Shown here piece by piece: positions 28,222 to 37,799 of a stretch of DNA of 64,000 nucleotides. Each line of letters starts with the position of its first letter. Positions within the stretch are counted from its first letter, which is position 1. Location: assembly GCA_902525035.1 (NCBI GenBank), contig CABZFN010000006.1, positions 6,538-70,537 of the forward strand, in the 5' to 3' direction. The notes under the pieces were generated by a model that saw nothing but the letters and a program-made list of their open reading frames with translations, did not search any database and was not told the origin of the DNA. This DNA comes from an uncultured Alphaproteobacteria bacterium (GTDB lineage: Bacteria > Pseudomonadota > Alphaproteobacteria > HIMB59 > GCA-002718135). A program made the translations under genes and the position numbers.

Positions 28222-28626
28222 ATGAAAGAAAAATTATTTAAACCTATACATTGGATTATGTTAATCCTTATATCTCTTGATTTTATTGATACTAGTTACA
28301 GAATTACTTATGGATACTTTTCAGGTGAAGGTGTTCAACCCCCTGTTGGAGATTTTAATGTTCAACTCTCAACTTTAGATTTTATTGTAAGTATCGTATT
28401 TCAGTTAGCAATCGCTTACACAATTTATATGTTGTACAGTATGAAAAGAAGTGGTGGGTATTATTTAGTGGGATTAAATATTCTTTTTGTGATTTATGGA
28501 TTTATTTTAGGCCCATTTAGTACAGTGCCTGCTGGTGAAGTTATTCCACTAATAGCTGGCTTTATGTTCTTCTATATTATTTTAGTCATCGGCATACCTT
28601 ATTTGTATTTTGATAAATACGAATAA
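28222..28626 (+). CDS. Four-TM membrane protein, probably co-transcribed with the bactofilin
   Basis: Hydrophobic segments; 10-nt gap. Confidence 0.7.
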   Translation: MKEKLFKPIHWIMLILISLDFIDTSYRITYGYFSGEGVQPPVGDFNVQLSTLDFIVSIVFQLAIAYTIYMLYSMKRSGGYYLVGLNILFVIYGFILGPFSTVPAGEVIPLIAGFMFFYIILVIGIPYLYFDKYE

Positions 28627-28655
28627 GATTTATAAATTATTTTATTAAATATTTT

Positions 28656-28940
28656 TTACAGAAGTATATTTTTGTATTTTTTCTTGAATTGATTTAATCT
28701 ATCTCTTCCATTGAAATCCAATCTATAGGATGTAAATAAATCTTTTTTGGTACCCATATCTATTTTGGAAACACTAACAAATTTTAGATCTGTATCTTCC
28801 ACATCATCGATGTTTCTTACAAGTAGAGCTAATTTCCATTCTAATTCTTTGCTTCGAAGATTTTCAGGAATAGTATGCTCTTCATCTGATTTTTTTGTAT
28901 TTTGAGTAAAAAAGTTATTTATATTATCTAAAATTTTCAT
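28656..28940 (-). CDS. Hypothetical protein
   Basis: 94 aa ORF filling the gap. Confidence 0.55.
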   Translation of the reverse strand: MKILDNINNFFTQNTKKSDEEHTIPENLRSKELEWKLALLVRNIDDVEDTDLKFVSVSKIDMGTKKDLFTSYRLDFNGRDRLNQFKKKYKNILL

Positions 28941-29064
28941 AATAAAAATATAGGTTTTGTAATCAAAAGTTCAAATAGATTAACTTTTATCAATTAGAAC
29001 TATTTAATATTGATAACAGTGTAAGATTTTATTGAATCGTAACAAATATGTATTATTTAGTATA

Positions 29065-29111
29065 GTGAACGATTTGTCTCTATTGCGGTTCACAAGCAGC
29101 TAAAATGAGAT
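29065..29111 (+). ncRNA. SAM-II riboswitch aptamer
   Basis: P1 GUGAAC/GUUCAC, GAUUU, UAUUGC, GCUAAA, and pseudoknot pairing GUCUC/GAGAU. Confidence 0.8.
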
Positions 29112-29123
29112 ACGTATAAAATT

Positions 29124-29161
29124 ATCCTCCCATTAAGAGAAATGGTGAGGATTTTTTTTTT
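29124..29161 (+). terminator. Intrinsic terminator in the SAM-II expression platform
   Basis: ATCCTC-CCATT loop AATGG-T-GAGGAT followed by a run of T. Confidence 0.75.
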
Positions 29162-29179
29162 GAATAAATGGAGAGAATT

Positions 29180-29440
29180 ATGAACTTATGTGTTGTTACA
29201 AAAGGAACATTTACAAAAGATGATTATATGGAATTATTTAATTACTTTAAAGAAGATTTACTCAATTACACAGATGCCTTTGATATGGCATTTGTAAAAG
29301 ATGGTCATGTTATCACAATGGCAAATGTTACTGACCAAGAAAAATTTTATGCTTTATTTGAAGACCCAAAATCAAAAGAATTTGACGCAAAATTTAATAG
29401 TACAGACACTGTGTACACTTTAGAGAAACAAGAATATTAA
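29180..29440 (+). CDS. Small hypothetical protein under SAM-II control (start revised to MNLCVV)
   Basis: GGAGAG RBS before ATG at 29180. Confidence 0.7.
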   Translation: MNLCVVTKGTFTKDDYMELFNYFKEDLLNYTDAFDMAFVKDGHVITMANVTDQEKFYALFEDPKSKEFDAKFNSTDTVYTLEKQEY

Positions 29441-30048
29441 ATACCACCTTGAGAAATTAAGAAGTCAGAAATTTTTTCTATTCCGTTATTATTTTTCATT
29501 TCACCGAAAACATAAGGTAATCCATTTCTGGCTTCCTTTACATCTTGTTCCATTCGATCGATATTAACATCAACATGAGGTGCTAAATCAACTTTATTAA
29601 CTACCAGTAAATCTGATTTTTTTATTGCCGGAGCTTTTTTTCTTGGAATATCAGCACCTTGAGCAACATCAATCATATAAATTGTTAAATCGACTAACTC
29701 TGGACTAAAAGTAGCTGCCAAATTATCACCGCCTGATTCAATAAGTATTAATTCTAAATCAGGAAATTTATTTTTCATTTCATCAACGGCTAGTAAATTA
29801 ATAGAACAATCTTCTCGGATAGCCGTATGGGGACATCCACCAGTTTCAACGCCTTTAATTCTTTCGATAGGAAGAACTTGAGCTCTCATTAAATATTCTG
29901 CATCTTCAGTTGTATAAATATCATTTGATATTACTGCCATTGAAATTCTATTTGATAAATGACGGCATAAAGCTTCTGTTAAGCTAGTTTTTCCTGTTCC
30001 TATTCCCCCACCTATACCAACTTTTAATGGACCATTAATATTGCTCAT
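29437..30048 (-). CDS. ureG: Urease accessory GTPase UreG
   Basis: GTGKT, NDIYT, ETGGCPH, ESGGDNL, NKVDL. Confidence 0.97.
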   Translation of the reverse strand: MSNINGPLKVGIGGGIGTGKTSLTEALCRHLSNRISMAVISNDIYTTEDAEYLMRAQVLPIERIKGVETGGCPHTAIREDCSINLLAVDEMKNKFPDLELILIESGGDNLAATFSPELVDLTIYMIDVAQGADIPRKKAPAIKKSDLLVVNKVDLAPHVDVNIDRMEQDVKEARNGLPYVFGEMKNNNGIEKISDFLISQGGI

Positions 30049-30680
30049 GTCAAATAAATCCTTGAATCTAGATTTTCATGTTTGATTGCAAAAATATCAC
30101 CAATAAAAAAACTCGTTCCAATATCTTTCAGAGTTAGTTGATCGGATCTTTCTAAAAATTTTTGTATTTGATAAATAAAATTAACATTTAATATCTGACC
30201 CTCTTTTTGTGACATAGGTATATGCTTTACACATACATTTATTAAGTTTGAAATATACGACTGAAGATAAAATTTAATTAAGTCCTCAAATTTTATATCA
30301 AAATGAAGAGCTGCTTTGCCAATACAATAAACAAAAGAGGTTTTTTCTTCCAATACTAACTCCCAACTATCTTTCATTATCTTTCGAAATGAATTACCCA
30401 TATCAATCATTTCTATATGTCTTTCTTTTGAAGAAGCACTTGCTAAAATTAAATCATTAATTTCTTCACCCATATATACAGACTTTAAAAAAATATAATC
30501 ATTTCGAAGACTGCCGTAAAATAATAATGCATCTAAATATTCTCTGACATCATCTCTATTTTTAATTTTAGCATCATCTATTAGTGCTTCCAAACCATGT
30601 GAGTATGCGTAGGAACCAACAGGAAAAGATGATGAAAACCAAATTTGTAATATTTGAAGAGGATCTTTTATTTTTTTCAT
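30045..30680 (-). CDS. ureF: Urease accessory protein UreF (start revised to MKKIKDP)
   Basis: [16 protein letters not shown]; C-terminal HE....RIYLT. Confidence 0.92.
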   Translation of the reverse strand: MKKIKDPLQILQIWFSSSFPVGSYAYSHGLEALIDDAKIKNRDDVREYLDALLFYGSLRNDYIFLKSVYMGEEINDLILASASSKERHIEMIDMGNSFRKIMKDSWELVLEEKTSFVYCIGKAALHFDIKFEDLIKFYLQSYISNLINVCVKHIPMSQKEGQILNVNFIYQIQKFLERSDQLTLKDIGTSFFIGDIFAIKHENLDSRIYLT

Positions 30681-30681
30681 T

Positions 30682-31128
30682 TTAGTGTTTATGACTATGA
30701 GTACGTCCCATACCGTAAGCTCCACCCTCAGGTTTAAATTTTTCAAAAACTTTCTTTACATTGCCGTGTAATTTTAAAATCATATCTAAAATTACAGCAT
30801 CATCTTGAATAAGGATGCGATTTTCTTCAATTTGACAAGGTAAATGCCTGTTGCCAATATGCCAAATAATATGTTTTAAGTTATCACCTGTAATTTCAAT
30901 CAAATTTTCTTCTTTTGAAACTACTTGAATTAAATGTCCATTTTCTAATTCAAAATAATGACTTTCATCCATACTGACTGTTTCTTCTAGATTAACTAAA
31001 AATTCTGTCCCATTATCTGTTCTTAATTTTTTTCTTCGTATAAATCGTTCTTCATAAGATAAGGTAATTTCATCTAGTATATTTTTATTTGCATCTTTGT
31101 GATCTGTTATTTTAAAAGCTGTATGCAT
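30682..31128 (-). CDS. ureE: Urease accessory Ni chaperone UreE
   Basis: WHIGNRHLP, FKPEGGAYG, His tail THSHKH. Confidence 0.95.
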   Translation of the reverse strand: MHTAFKITDHKDANKNILDEITLSYEERFIRRKKLRTDNGTEFLVNLEETVSMDESHYFELENGHLIQVVSKEENLIEITGDNLKHIIWHIGNRHLPCQIEENRILIQDDAVILDMILKLHGNVKKVFEKFKPEGGAYGMGRTHSHKH

Positions 31129-31133
31129 AAATT

Positions 31134-32840
31134 TTAATACATAAAGTAACGTTGAGCTAAAGGTAATATTTTAGCAGGTTCACAGGTAATTAATTCTCCA
31201 TCTGCCTTAACTTCATAAGTTTCTGGATTAACTTCTATATTTGGACAATAATCATTTAATACCATATCTTTTTTAGAAATTTTTCTAATATTTTTAACTG
31301 GCAATAAAGATTTGCTAATTCCAGAATTTTTGAATGAATTTTTATCTAAAGAAGCTTTACTTACAAATGTTGCAGTAGATTTTTCTAATGATTTTCCAAA
31401 AGAAGAAAACATTGGTCGTGAATACACTGGTTGTGGTGTTGGAATAGAAGCATTAGGATCACCCATTTGCGAACAAGAAATACTCCCACCTTGCAAAACC
31501 ATTTCAGGTTTAACACCAAAAAAAGCTGTATCCCAAATGACAATATCTGCACGTTTATTCTTTTCAATACTGCCAATATGATCGGAAATACCATGAGCAA
31601 TGGCAGGATTAATTGTATATTTAGCTATATAACGTTTAACACGTAAATTATCATTATCACCCTGCTCTGCCTTTAATTGCCCACGTTGTACTTTCATTTT
31701 ATGAGCGGTTTGCCATGTTCTTATAATAACTTCACCAACACGACCCATTGCTTGACTATCAGATGCAATAATTGAAAATGCACCCATATCATGCAGTATA
31801 TCTTCAGCAGCAATGGTTTCTTTTCGAATTCGACTTTCAGCAAATGCAACATCTTCTGGTATAGACTTATCAAGGTGATGACAAACCATTAACATGTCTA
31901 AGTGTTCTTCGACTGTATTAACTGTATAAGGTCTTGTGGGGTTTGTTGATGAAGGAATAACATATTCTTCACCACAAACTTTTATAATATCAGGTGCATG
32001 ACCTCCTCCTGCTCCCTCTGTGTGAAAAGCGTGAATAGTTCTTCCATTAATCGCCTTAATCGTGCTTTCTACAAATCCACTTTCATTCAATGTATCAGTG
32101 TGAATCATAACTTGAATATCATGTTCATCAGCTACATTTAAACAATTATCGATAGCTGCTGGAGTTGTACCCCAATCTTCATGTAGTTTTAATGAACTTG
32201 CTCCAGCAATTACTTGTTCTTCGAGAGCTTTAGGTAATGAACTATTTCCTTTACCTGCAAAAGCTAAGTTCATTGAAAAAGCATCAGCAGATTGTATCAT
32301 TCTCTCTATGTGCCATGGTCCCGGGGTAACAGTCGTTGCTAATGTTCCATGAGCAGGACCAGTTCCTCCTCCCAGCATCGTTGTAATGCCTGAATGAAGC
32401 GCATCATCAATTTGTTGAGGACAAATAAAATGAATATGACTATCAAAGCCTCCTGCTGTGATAATTTTTCCCTCACCGGCAATAATTTCTGTTCCAGGTC
32501 CTATAATAATATTTACATTTGGTTGTGTATCTGGATTACCAGCCTTTCCAATCTCATTAATTAAGCCATCTTTAAGACCAATATCAGCTTTATAAATTCC
32601 TTTTACATCAACAATTAAAGCGTTTGTTATAACTGTATCGACCGCACCATCTTGTCGGGATACTTGAGACTGACCCATTCCATCTCGAATGACTTTTCCT
32701 CCACCAAATTTTACTTCTTCACCGTATGTTGTTAAGTCTTTTTCTACTTCAATAAAAAGTTCTGTGTCAGCAAGTCTAATTTTATCACCGGTTGTTGGAC
32801 CATACATATCAGCATAAGAATCTCTATTTATTTTTTTCAT
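31134..32840 (-). CDS. ureC: Urease subunit alpha
   Basis: [43 protein letters not shown]. Confidence 0.99.
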   Translation of the reverse strand: MKKINRDSYADMYGPTTGDKIRLADTELFIEVEKDLTTYGEEVKFGGGKVIRDGMGQSQVSRQDGAVDTVITNALIVDVKGIYKADIGLKDGLINEIGKAGNPDTQPNVNIIIGPGTEIIAGEGKIITAGGFDSHIHFICPQQIDDALHSGITTMLGGGTGPAHGTLATTVTPGPWHIERMIQSADAFSMNLAFAGKGNSSLPKALEEQVIAGASSLKLHEDWGTTPAAIDNCLNVADEHDIQVMIHTDTLNESGFVESTIKAINGRTIHAFHTEGAGGGHAPDIIKVCGEEYVIPSSTNPTRPYTVNTVEEHLDMLMVCHHLDKSIPEDVAFAESRIRKETIAAEDILHDMGAFSIIASDSQAMGRVGEVIIRTWQTAHKMKVQRGQLKAEQGDNDNLRVKRYIAKYTINPAIAHGISDHIGSIEKNKRADIVIWDTAFFGVKPEMVLQGGSISCSQMGDPNASIPTPQPVYSRPMFSSFGKSLEKSTATFVSKASLDKNSFKNSGISKSLLPVKNIRKISKKDMVLNDYCPNIEVNPETYEVKADGELITCEPAKILPLAQRYFMY

Positions 32841-33148
32841 TACAATTGACCCATTACTTTCTTATTAAAACCAAATATCTTTCTATCTCCAGTTATTGGA
32901 ATTAATTCTACATCTTTTGATTGACCGGGTTCAAATCGTACAGCTGTTCCTGATGGAATGTCTAAACGCATACCATTTGATTTTACTCTATCAAATTTTA
33001 AATATTCATTAGTTTCAGCAAAATGATAATGGCTTCCAACTTGTATTGGTCGATCGCCACTATTAGAAACTTTTAACGTAATTGAATTACGATCATCATT
33101 CAAATTAATATCACTATTTTTTTTTGTTATTACTTCTCCAGGTTTCAT
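32840..33148 (-). CDS. ureB: Urease subunit beta
   Basis: [28 protein letters not shown]. Confidence 0.99.
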   Translation of the reverse strand: MKPGEVITKKNSDINLNDDRNSITLKVSNSGDRPIQVGSHYHFAETNEYLKFDRVKSNGMRLDIPSGTAVRFEPGQSKDVELIPITGDRKIFGFNKKVMGQL

Positions 33149-33450
33149 TATCTGATCGGCTTATGTACTGTTACTAATTTTGTTCCATCAGGAAATGTTG
33201 CTTCAACCTGCACTTCTGGAATCATATCTTGAATTCCATCCATACAATCTTCTTTTTTTACAACATGTGCGCCTGTTTCCATTAATTCTGATACCATTTT
33301 TCCATCTCTAGCACCTTCTATGACAAAATCTGTTATCAATGCTATGGCTTCTGGATAATTAAGCTTAACTCCTCTTTCTAAGCGCTTTCTGGCAACATTA
33401 GCTGCCATACTCACCATTAACTTATCTTTTTCCCTAGGCGTTAATTTCAT
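33148..33450 (-). CDS. ureA: Urease subunit gamma
   Basis: [31 protein letters not shown]. Confidence 0.99.
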   Translation of the reverse strand: MKLTPREKDKLMVSMAANVARKRLERGVKLNYPEAIALITDFVIEGARDGKMVSELMETGAHVVKKEDCMDGIQDMIPEVQVEATFPDGTKLVTVHKPIR

Positions 33451-34245
33451 TTATAAATCCCAACTTTTTGGCAGTTTACCATTTATTATATTTTTCATAA
33501 TGAAATTTAGTGTTTTTTTTAAATCATAATTATCATCTGCTAAGCACCTAATAACAATCTTATCATCAAATTTTGTCAATTCACAATAATGATTTTCTAT
33601 ATTTTTTATAGCTTTTCTTAATTCAGGTTCAAGTTGATGAATAATTTCACCAATAATCAGAATTGTTGATAATGAGGATTGACTATCAAATGTATAATTA
33701 TTTTTATAATTTTCCATCATTGCTCCTTGTATATTGATAGCCTCAAAATGTTTTAAAGAATTATTGACATTAATTTTCCATTGATCAGAAAAAGAAATAT
33801 TTTTAATTTTTTCAGACATTGCTTTTCTTCCAAAAATTGATGTTTCACAAAAAATCAAATTAGAATTATCTGATAGATTAACATTAATTTTTCTTCTTAA
33901 TTTTGAATTATCAAATAAAATTAATTCTTTTGGGAGCCAATGCAAAGTAGAATTATTTAGATTAATGTTTATTTCTACTCTAGCAGGGTCACCAATTCCT
34001 TCATAAATTTTTTCTGCAGCTTGTGTACAAATACTTAATTGAGAATTATTAATAATAGCATTAATTTCAATATTATCATTACAAGTAATTCCACCAGCCG
34101 TATTAATTAAGACTAATTCTTTATATTCATTATAATTTTTAGGATTTAAGATTTTACAACAACCACTTTGAAAAAATTTTTGAAAATTATTATTTAATAA
34201 TTCTATATCTATTTTTCCATTTGATCTTTGGAGTAATTTATCCAT
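33451..34245 (-). CDS. ureD: Urease accessory protein UreD
   Basis: LINTAGG, TQAAEKIY, WLPKELILFD, FGRKAMSE; directly upstream of ureA. Confidence 0.93.
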   Translation of the reverse strand: MDKLLQRSNGKIDIELLNNNFQKFFQSGCCKILNPKNYNEYKELVLINTAGGITCNDNIEINAIINNSQLSICTQAAEKIYEGIGDPARVEININLNNSTLHWLPKELILFDNSKLRRKINVNLSDNSNLIFCETSIFGRKAMSEKIKNISFSDQWKINVNNSLKHFEAINIQGAMMENYKNNYTFDSQSSLSTILIIGEIIHQLEPELRKAIKNIENHYCELTKFDDKIVIRCLADDNYDLKKTLNFIMKNIINGKLPKSWDL

Positions 34246-34338
34246 TATTGTTTGATTAAGTATAATCGAAACAAAATTTAAGAAAATAAAATACTTAATG
34301 TTTTAGGATTAAAAATTATTAATAAATAATAGTTAAAC

Positions 34339-35010
34339 TTAATTTTTCCTATAAATTTTAGCAACAAAAAACAAACCAAAGGATACTGAGAAACCTATTC
34401 CTATTGCATAAATTAGTGTTCCTATTCCAACAATTCCTCCTAAAAAAAATCCTATTACTACCGCAGATATTTCAAGCAGTGTTCTAATAATTGAAATTGA
34501 AAAATTAGTTTGCTTATTTAATCCAGTCATTAATCCATCTCTTGGTCCTGGTCCTAAATTTGCAGCTAAATAAAAACCACTTCCAATACCTATTATTAAA
34601 ATACCAATTAATACTTGTAAAAATTTAAATAAGAAATCTTTAGGATAAGGAAGATAGATCAATGAAAGATCTAAAATAATAGATATTAAAATTGCATTTA
34701 ATATTGTTCCAATACCTGGCTTTTGTTTAAGTGGAAACCAAAGTAACAATACTGCAACACTTACAAAAAATGTTGTAATACCTATTGTGTAACCAGTTTT
34801 AAATGCTAATCCCTGATGTAACACAAACCAAGGAGATACTCCTAAATTTGCAGTAATTAATAATGCTTCACCAATACCAAAAAGTATAAGTCCAAAAACT
34901 AAATAAAAGATTGTAATTTTTTTTGGCTTAAGATTATATTCTAATGGGGAGCTCCAATATAATTTTGGAATTTCTTTAAGCCTTAATATGTAAATAAAAA
35001 TTTTTACCAT
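34339..35010 (-). CDS. YczE/YitT-like membrane protein
   Basis: ANLGVSPW, PGIGTILN, LGPGPRDGLM, GIGTL. Confidence 0.85.
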   Translation of the reverse strand: MVKIFIYILRLKEIPKLYWSSPLEYNLKPKKITIFYLVFGLILFGIGEALLITANLGVSPWFVLHQGLAFKTGYTIGITTFFVSVAVLLLWFPLKQKPGIGTILNAILISIILDLSLIYLPYPKDFLFKFLQVLIGILIIGIGSGFYLAANLGPGPRDGLMTGLNKQTNFSISIIRTLLEISAVVIGFFLGGIVGIGTLIYAIGIGFSVSFGLFFVAKIYRKN

Positions 35011-35771
35011 CTAAGACTCATGCAGCTCAAACCTGCATCAACCTTTAGTATTTCTTGAACATTAACTTTTATAATATTAAAATTTTTAGATAAGATTTCT
35101 TCAGTTTTAATAAAACCATCTGGAATTAATAACTTATTATTTATACGAATACAGTTTGCTGCATTTTCTTCACCTGATGGTAATTCAATTAAATTATAAT
35201 TTTTTTTTAAATAATCTAATTTTGACATTTTATTACTTACTAAAATTAAATCATCATCTATTAAACTGCATTCTGACTTAAAATGCAGAATATTTTTTGG
35301 TGTGTGGCAAATTTCAACAGTTGCGCCTAGTGACACAAGTAAATTTGATAAATTTTCTGCACCCAATTTATCAGTTCTATTTGATAAACCTATAATAAAG
35401 TGATCATTGATATTTAATATATCTCCACCTTCTATTGTTCCTTTTTCAACAATTAATATTTTTTCAAAGTATTTACCTGTTTCGTTTTTAATTATTTTTG
35501 CTTCACCATTTCTTGTAGAGTCACATGGGTTTAATATAATAATATTTTTTTTGTAGATTAAGGCAGGATCTTCAACAAAAATACTGTCAGGATATTGTTC
35601 TAAACTATTTAATAAAGTTATATTTAGACCCGCTTCTTCAAGGGAAGAAATATAATTTTTATGTATTTCTAAAACTTTTTCATAACTAGGATTTAAATAC
35701 TGAGAACTCAAAGCATTTTGAATACTCTTGTTAGGCTTTCTAATAATTGCATTTGTGAATTTATATGTCAT
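35004..35771 (-). CDS. Dimethylarginine dimethylaminohydrolase / amidinotransferase family protein (start revised to MTYKF)
   Basis: PDSIFVEDPA, IEGGD, SNRT, HFKS, GLSCMSLR; the ORF-track start lies inside the tRNA. Confidence 0.88.
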   Translation of the reverse strand: MTYKFTNAIIRKPNKSIQNALSSQYLNPSYEKVLEIHKNYISSLEEAGLNITLLNSLEQYPDSIFVEDPALIYKKNIIILNPCDSTRNGEAKIIKNETGKYFEKILIVEKGTIEGGDILNINDHFIIGLSNRTDKLGAENLSNLLVSLGATVEICHTPKNILHFKSECSLIDDDLILVSNKMSKLDYLKKNYNLIELPSGEENAANCIRINNKLLIPDGFIKTEEILSKNFNIIKVNVQEILKVDAGLSCMSLRW

Positions 35772-35774
35772 ATT

Positions 35775-35851
35775 TGGCGTGCCCGGCATGATTCGAACAT
35801 GCGGCCCCCAGATTAGGAATCTGGTGCTCTATCCTACTGAGCTACGGGCAC
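35775..35851 (-). tRNA. tRNA-Arg (anticodon CCU)
   Basis: GTGCCCGTAGCTCAGTAGGATAGAGCACCAGATTCCTAATCTGG...GCATGTTCGAATCATGCCGGGCACGCCA; full cloverleaf with encoded CCA. Confidence 0.97.
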
Positions 35852-35856
35852 TTATT

Positions 35857-36030
35857 TTAATGATGATGCTTCATATGATCAACTAATTCTTTATGCTCTT
35901 CTATTAAAAGATTTAAACTTTTATTAAGATCTAAAGTATTAGACCATGACTCAATATCGAGTTTTCCTTTATCTAAGTATTTTAATATTCTCTTTATATC
36001 TTCAATATTTTTAAAATCTTTATCTGTCAT
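35857..36030 (-). CDS. Small hypothetical protein, 57 aa, ending MKHHH (missing from ORF track)
   Basis: AAGGA RBS; fills the gap between permease and tRNA. Confidence 0.6.
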   Translation of the reverse strand: MTDKDFKNIEDIKRILKYLDKGKLDIESWSNTLDLNKSLNLLIEEHKELVDHMKHHH

Positions 36031-36059
36031 TTATTTCCTTAATAATAATGTTACTTTTT

Positions 36060-36890
36060 TTATTTTACCGCTCCTTCAGTTAAACCTGATATAAAATATT
36101 TACCAATAAATACAAATAATACAATAACTGGTAAACTTGCAAGGACAGCACCAGATAATAAAAAACCCCAATCAATTTGATATTGACCAACAATTCCTGC
36201 TAAACCAACAGGTAGGGTTTTTAAATCATCACCACTTATTAGTATTGATGCAAAAAGATATTCAGTCCAAGATATAATAAAACAAAAAATTGATACACTT
36301 GCTATACCTGGCGCAGCTAAGGGAACAATAATTCTAGAAATTACAATATACCGAGAAGCTCCATCGATATAAGCGGCCTCCTCTATTTCACTTGGTATTA
36401 ACTTAAAGAATGCTTTAAGCATCCATACCGCAAATGGTGTCGCAAATAATACATTTACAATAATCAATGCAAAATAACTGTTCAGTAAATTAACTTTTGC
36501 AAATAATAAATAAATAGGAACTAGTAAAATAACTCCAGGAAATGCATAAGTTACAAGAAGTGAATATTCTACAAATTTATTTCCATAAAATTTTAGTTTA
36601 TGTAACCCATATGCAGCAGATACTGATAGAATAATTGAGATTATCATTGAAGAAAATGAGACAATTAAACTATTTTTTAAATATATAAAAAAATCAGAGT
36701 TAAATAAAATTTTATTATAATGTTCTAAGGTTAAGGATCTTGGAATAATAGTTGTAGACGTTGAAATTATTTCTTCAGGACTTTTAAAAGAAGATGTTAT
36801 GATCCAAAAAAAAGGAAAGAAAAAGACTAAAATAATAATTATTAGTGATAAACTTAAAAATATAAGTTTTATGTTATCTTCTTTAATCAT
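36060..36890 (-). CDS. Carbohydrate ABC transporter permease (MalG-like)
   Basis: EIEEAAYIDGAS, WTEYLFA. Confidence 0.93.
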   Translation of the reverse strand: MIKEDNIKLIFLSLSLIIIILVFFFPFFWIITSSFKSPEEIISTSTTIIPRSLTLEHYNKILFNSDFFIYLKNSLIVSFSSMIISIILSVSAAYGLHKLKFYGNKFVEYSLLVTYAFPGVILLVPIYLLFAKVNLLNSYFALIIVNVLFATPFAVWMLKAFFKLIPSEIEEAAYIDGASRYIVISRIIVPLAAPGIASVSIFCFIISWTEYLFASILISGDDLKTLPVGLAGIVGQYQIDWGFLLSGAVLASLPVIVLFVFIGKYFISGLTEGAVK

Positions 36891-37755
36891 CTTCTTTTGG
36901 AGCCATAGATTTAATAAAAATTATAGAAAATAATAATAGTAAAAAACTTGTTATTATCGATAAAGTTGCAGCCTGACTGATTCTAAATTTAGTAAAAGCA
37001 GTTTCGTAAATTAATAACGGTAATGTAGTAGTGGCACTTGATGGACCACCTTTTGTAATTAGCCATATAATATCAAAAATATTGAATGATAATAATGTAC
37101 CAACTAATCCCAGAACAAACAGAACACTTTTAAGATTTGGAAATGTAATAAAAAAGAATTGTTGAATGAAATTAGCTCCATCAACTTTTGAAGCATCATA
37201 CATTTCTCTATTTATGGAATTAAGTCCAGAAAGTATAATTAATGCCAAAAATGGACTCCACCTCCATGAATTGATAAGAACTAAGCTAATAAAAGCTTTA
37301 TTTGGAGAGCTAAAAAAACCAGTTGCTTCATCAAGAATTCCTAAATCAATTAAAACTGAATTAATTACACCGCTACTACTGCTTAACATTAATTTCCAAA
37401 TTACAACAACAACTACGGTAGGAATGATAAATGATAAAATAATCCAATTAGCCATAATTTTTTTACCAGGAAATTTATAATTAATCGTTAATGCAATTGT
37501 AAAAGCAAAAAATGTTTGGCAGATTGCATTTCCAATTACCCAGTAAAAACTATTCAATGATGCGTTTAAAAAATTAGATTTAACAAGTAATTTTATGTAA
37601 TTATCAATACCTACAAATTTTCCTGACGTACCTATAATTTTTACATTAAATAAACTTAATTCAAAAGCTATGTAAATTGGAACTAAAATAATAAGCGATA
37701 TCCAAATAACTAATGGAGATACAAATAACCAACCTTCAATATTACTTTTTTTCAC
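36883..37755 (-). CDS. Carbohydrate ABC transporter permease (MalF-like)
   Basis: MYDASKVDGA, FDIIWLITKGGP. Confidence 0.93.
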   Translation of the reverse strand: MKKSNIEGWLFVSPLVIWISLIILVPIYIAFELSLFNVKIIGTSGKFVGIDNYIKLLVKSNFLNASLNSFYWVIGNAICQTFFAFTIALTINYKFPGKKIMANWIILSFIIPTVVVVVIWKLMLSSSSGVINSVLIDLGILDEATGFFSSPNKAFISLVLINSWRWSPFLALIILSGLNSINREMYDASKVDGANFIQQFFFITFPNLKSVLFVLGLVGTLLSFNIFDIIWLITKGGPSSATTTLPLLIYETAFTKFRISQAATLSIITSFLLLLFSIIFIKSMAPKEDD

Positions 37756-37762
37756 AGAAATG

Positions 37763-37787
37763 TCAGCACCTCTAAAAGAGGTACTGA
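37763..37787 (-). terminator. Intercistronic hairpin after the binding-protein gene
   Basis: TCAGTACCTCT-ttt-AGAGGTGCTGA. Confidence 0.55.
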
Positions 37788-37799
37788 AAATATTATAAA

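Noticed and set aside
30681-30746. N-terminal extension of UreF
   Set aside because: Overlaps the ureE 3' end; ATG 30680 right after the ureE stop fits better.
35772-35789. MPGTPN extension of the DDAH-like ORF
   Set aside because: Lies within the tRNA-Arg T-arm and acceptor stem.
35775-35851. tRNA as a prophage or island attachment site
   Set aside because: No integrase and no duplicated tRNA 3' end seen in the window.
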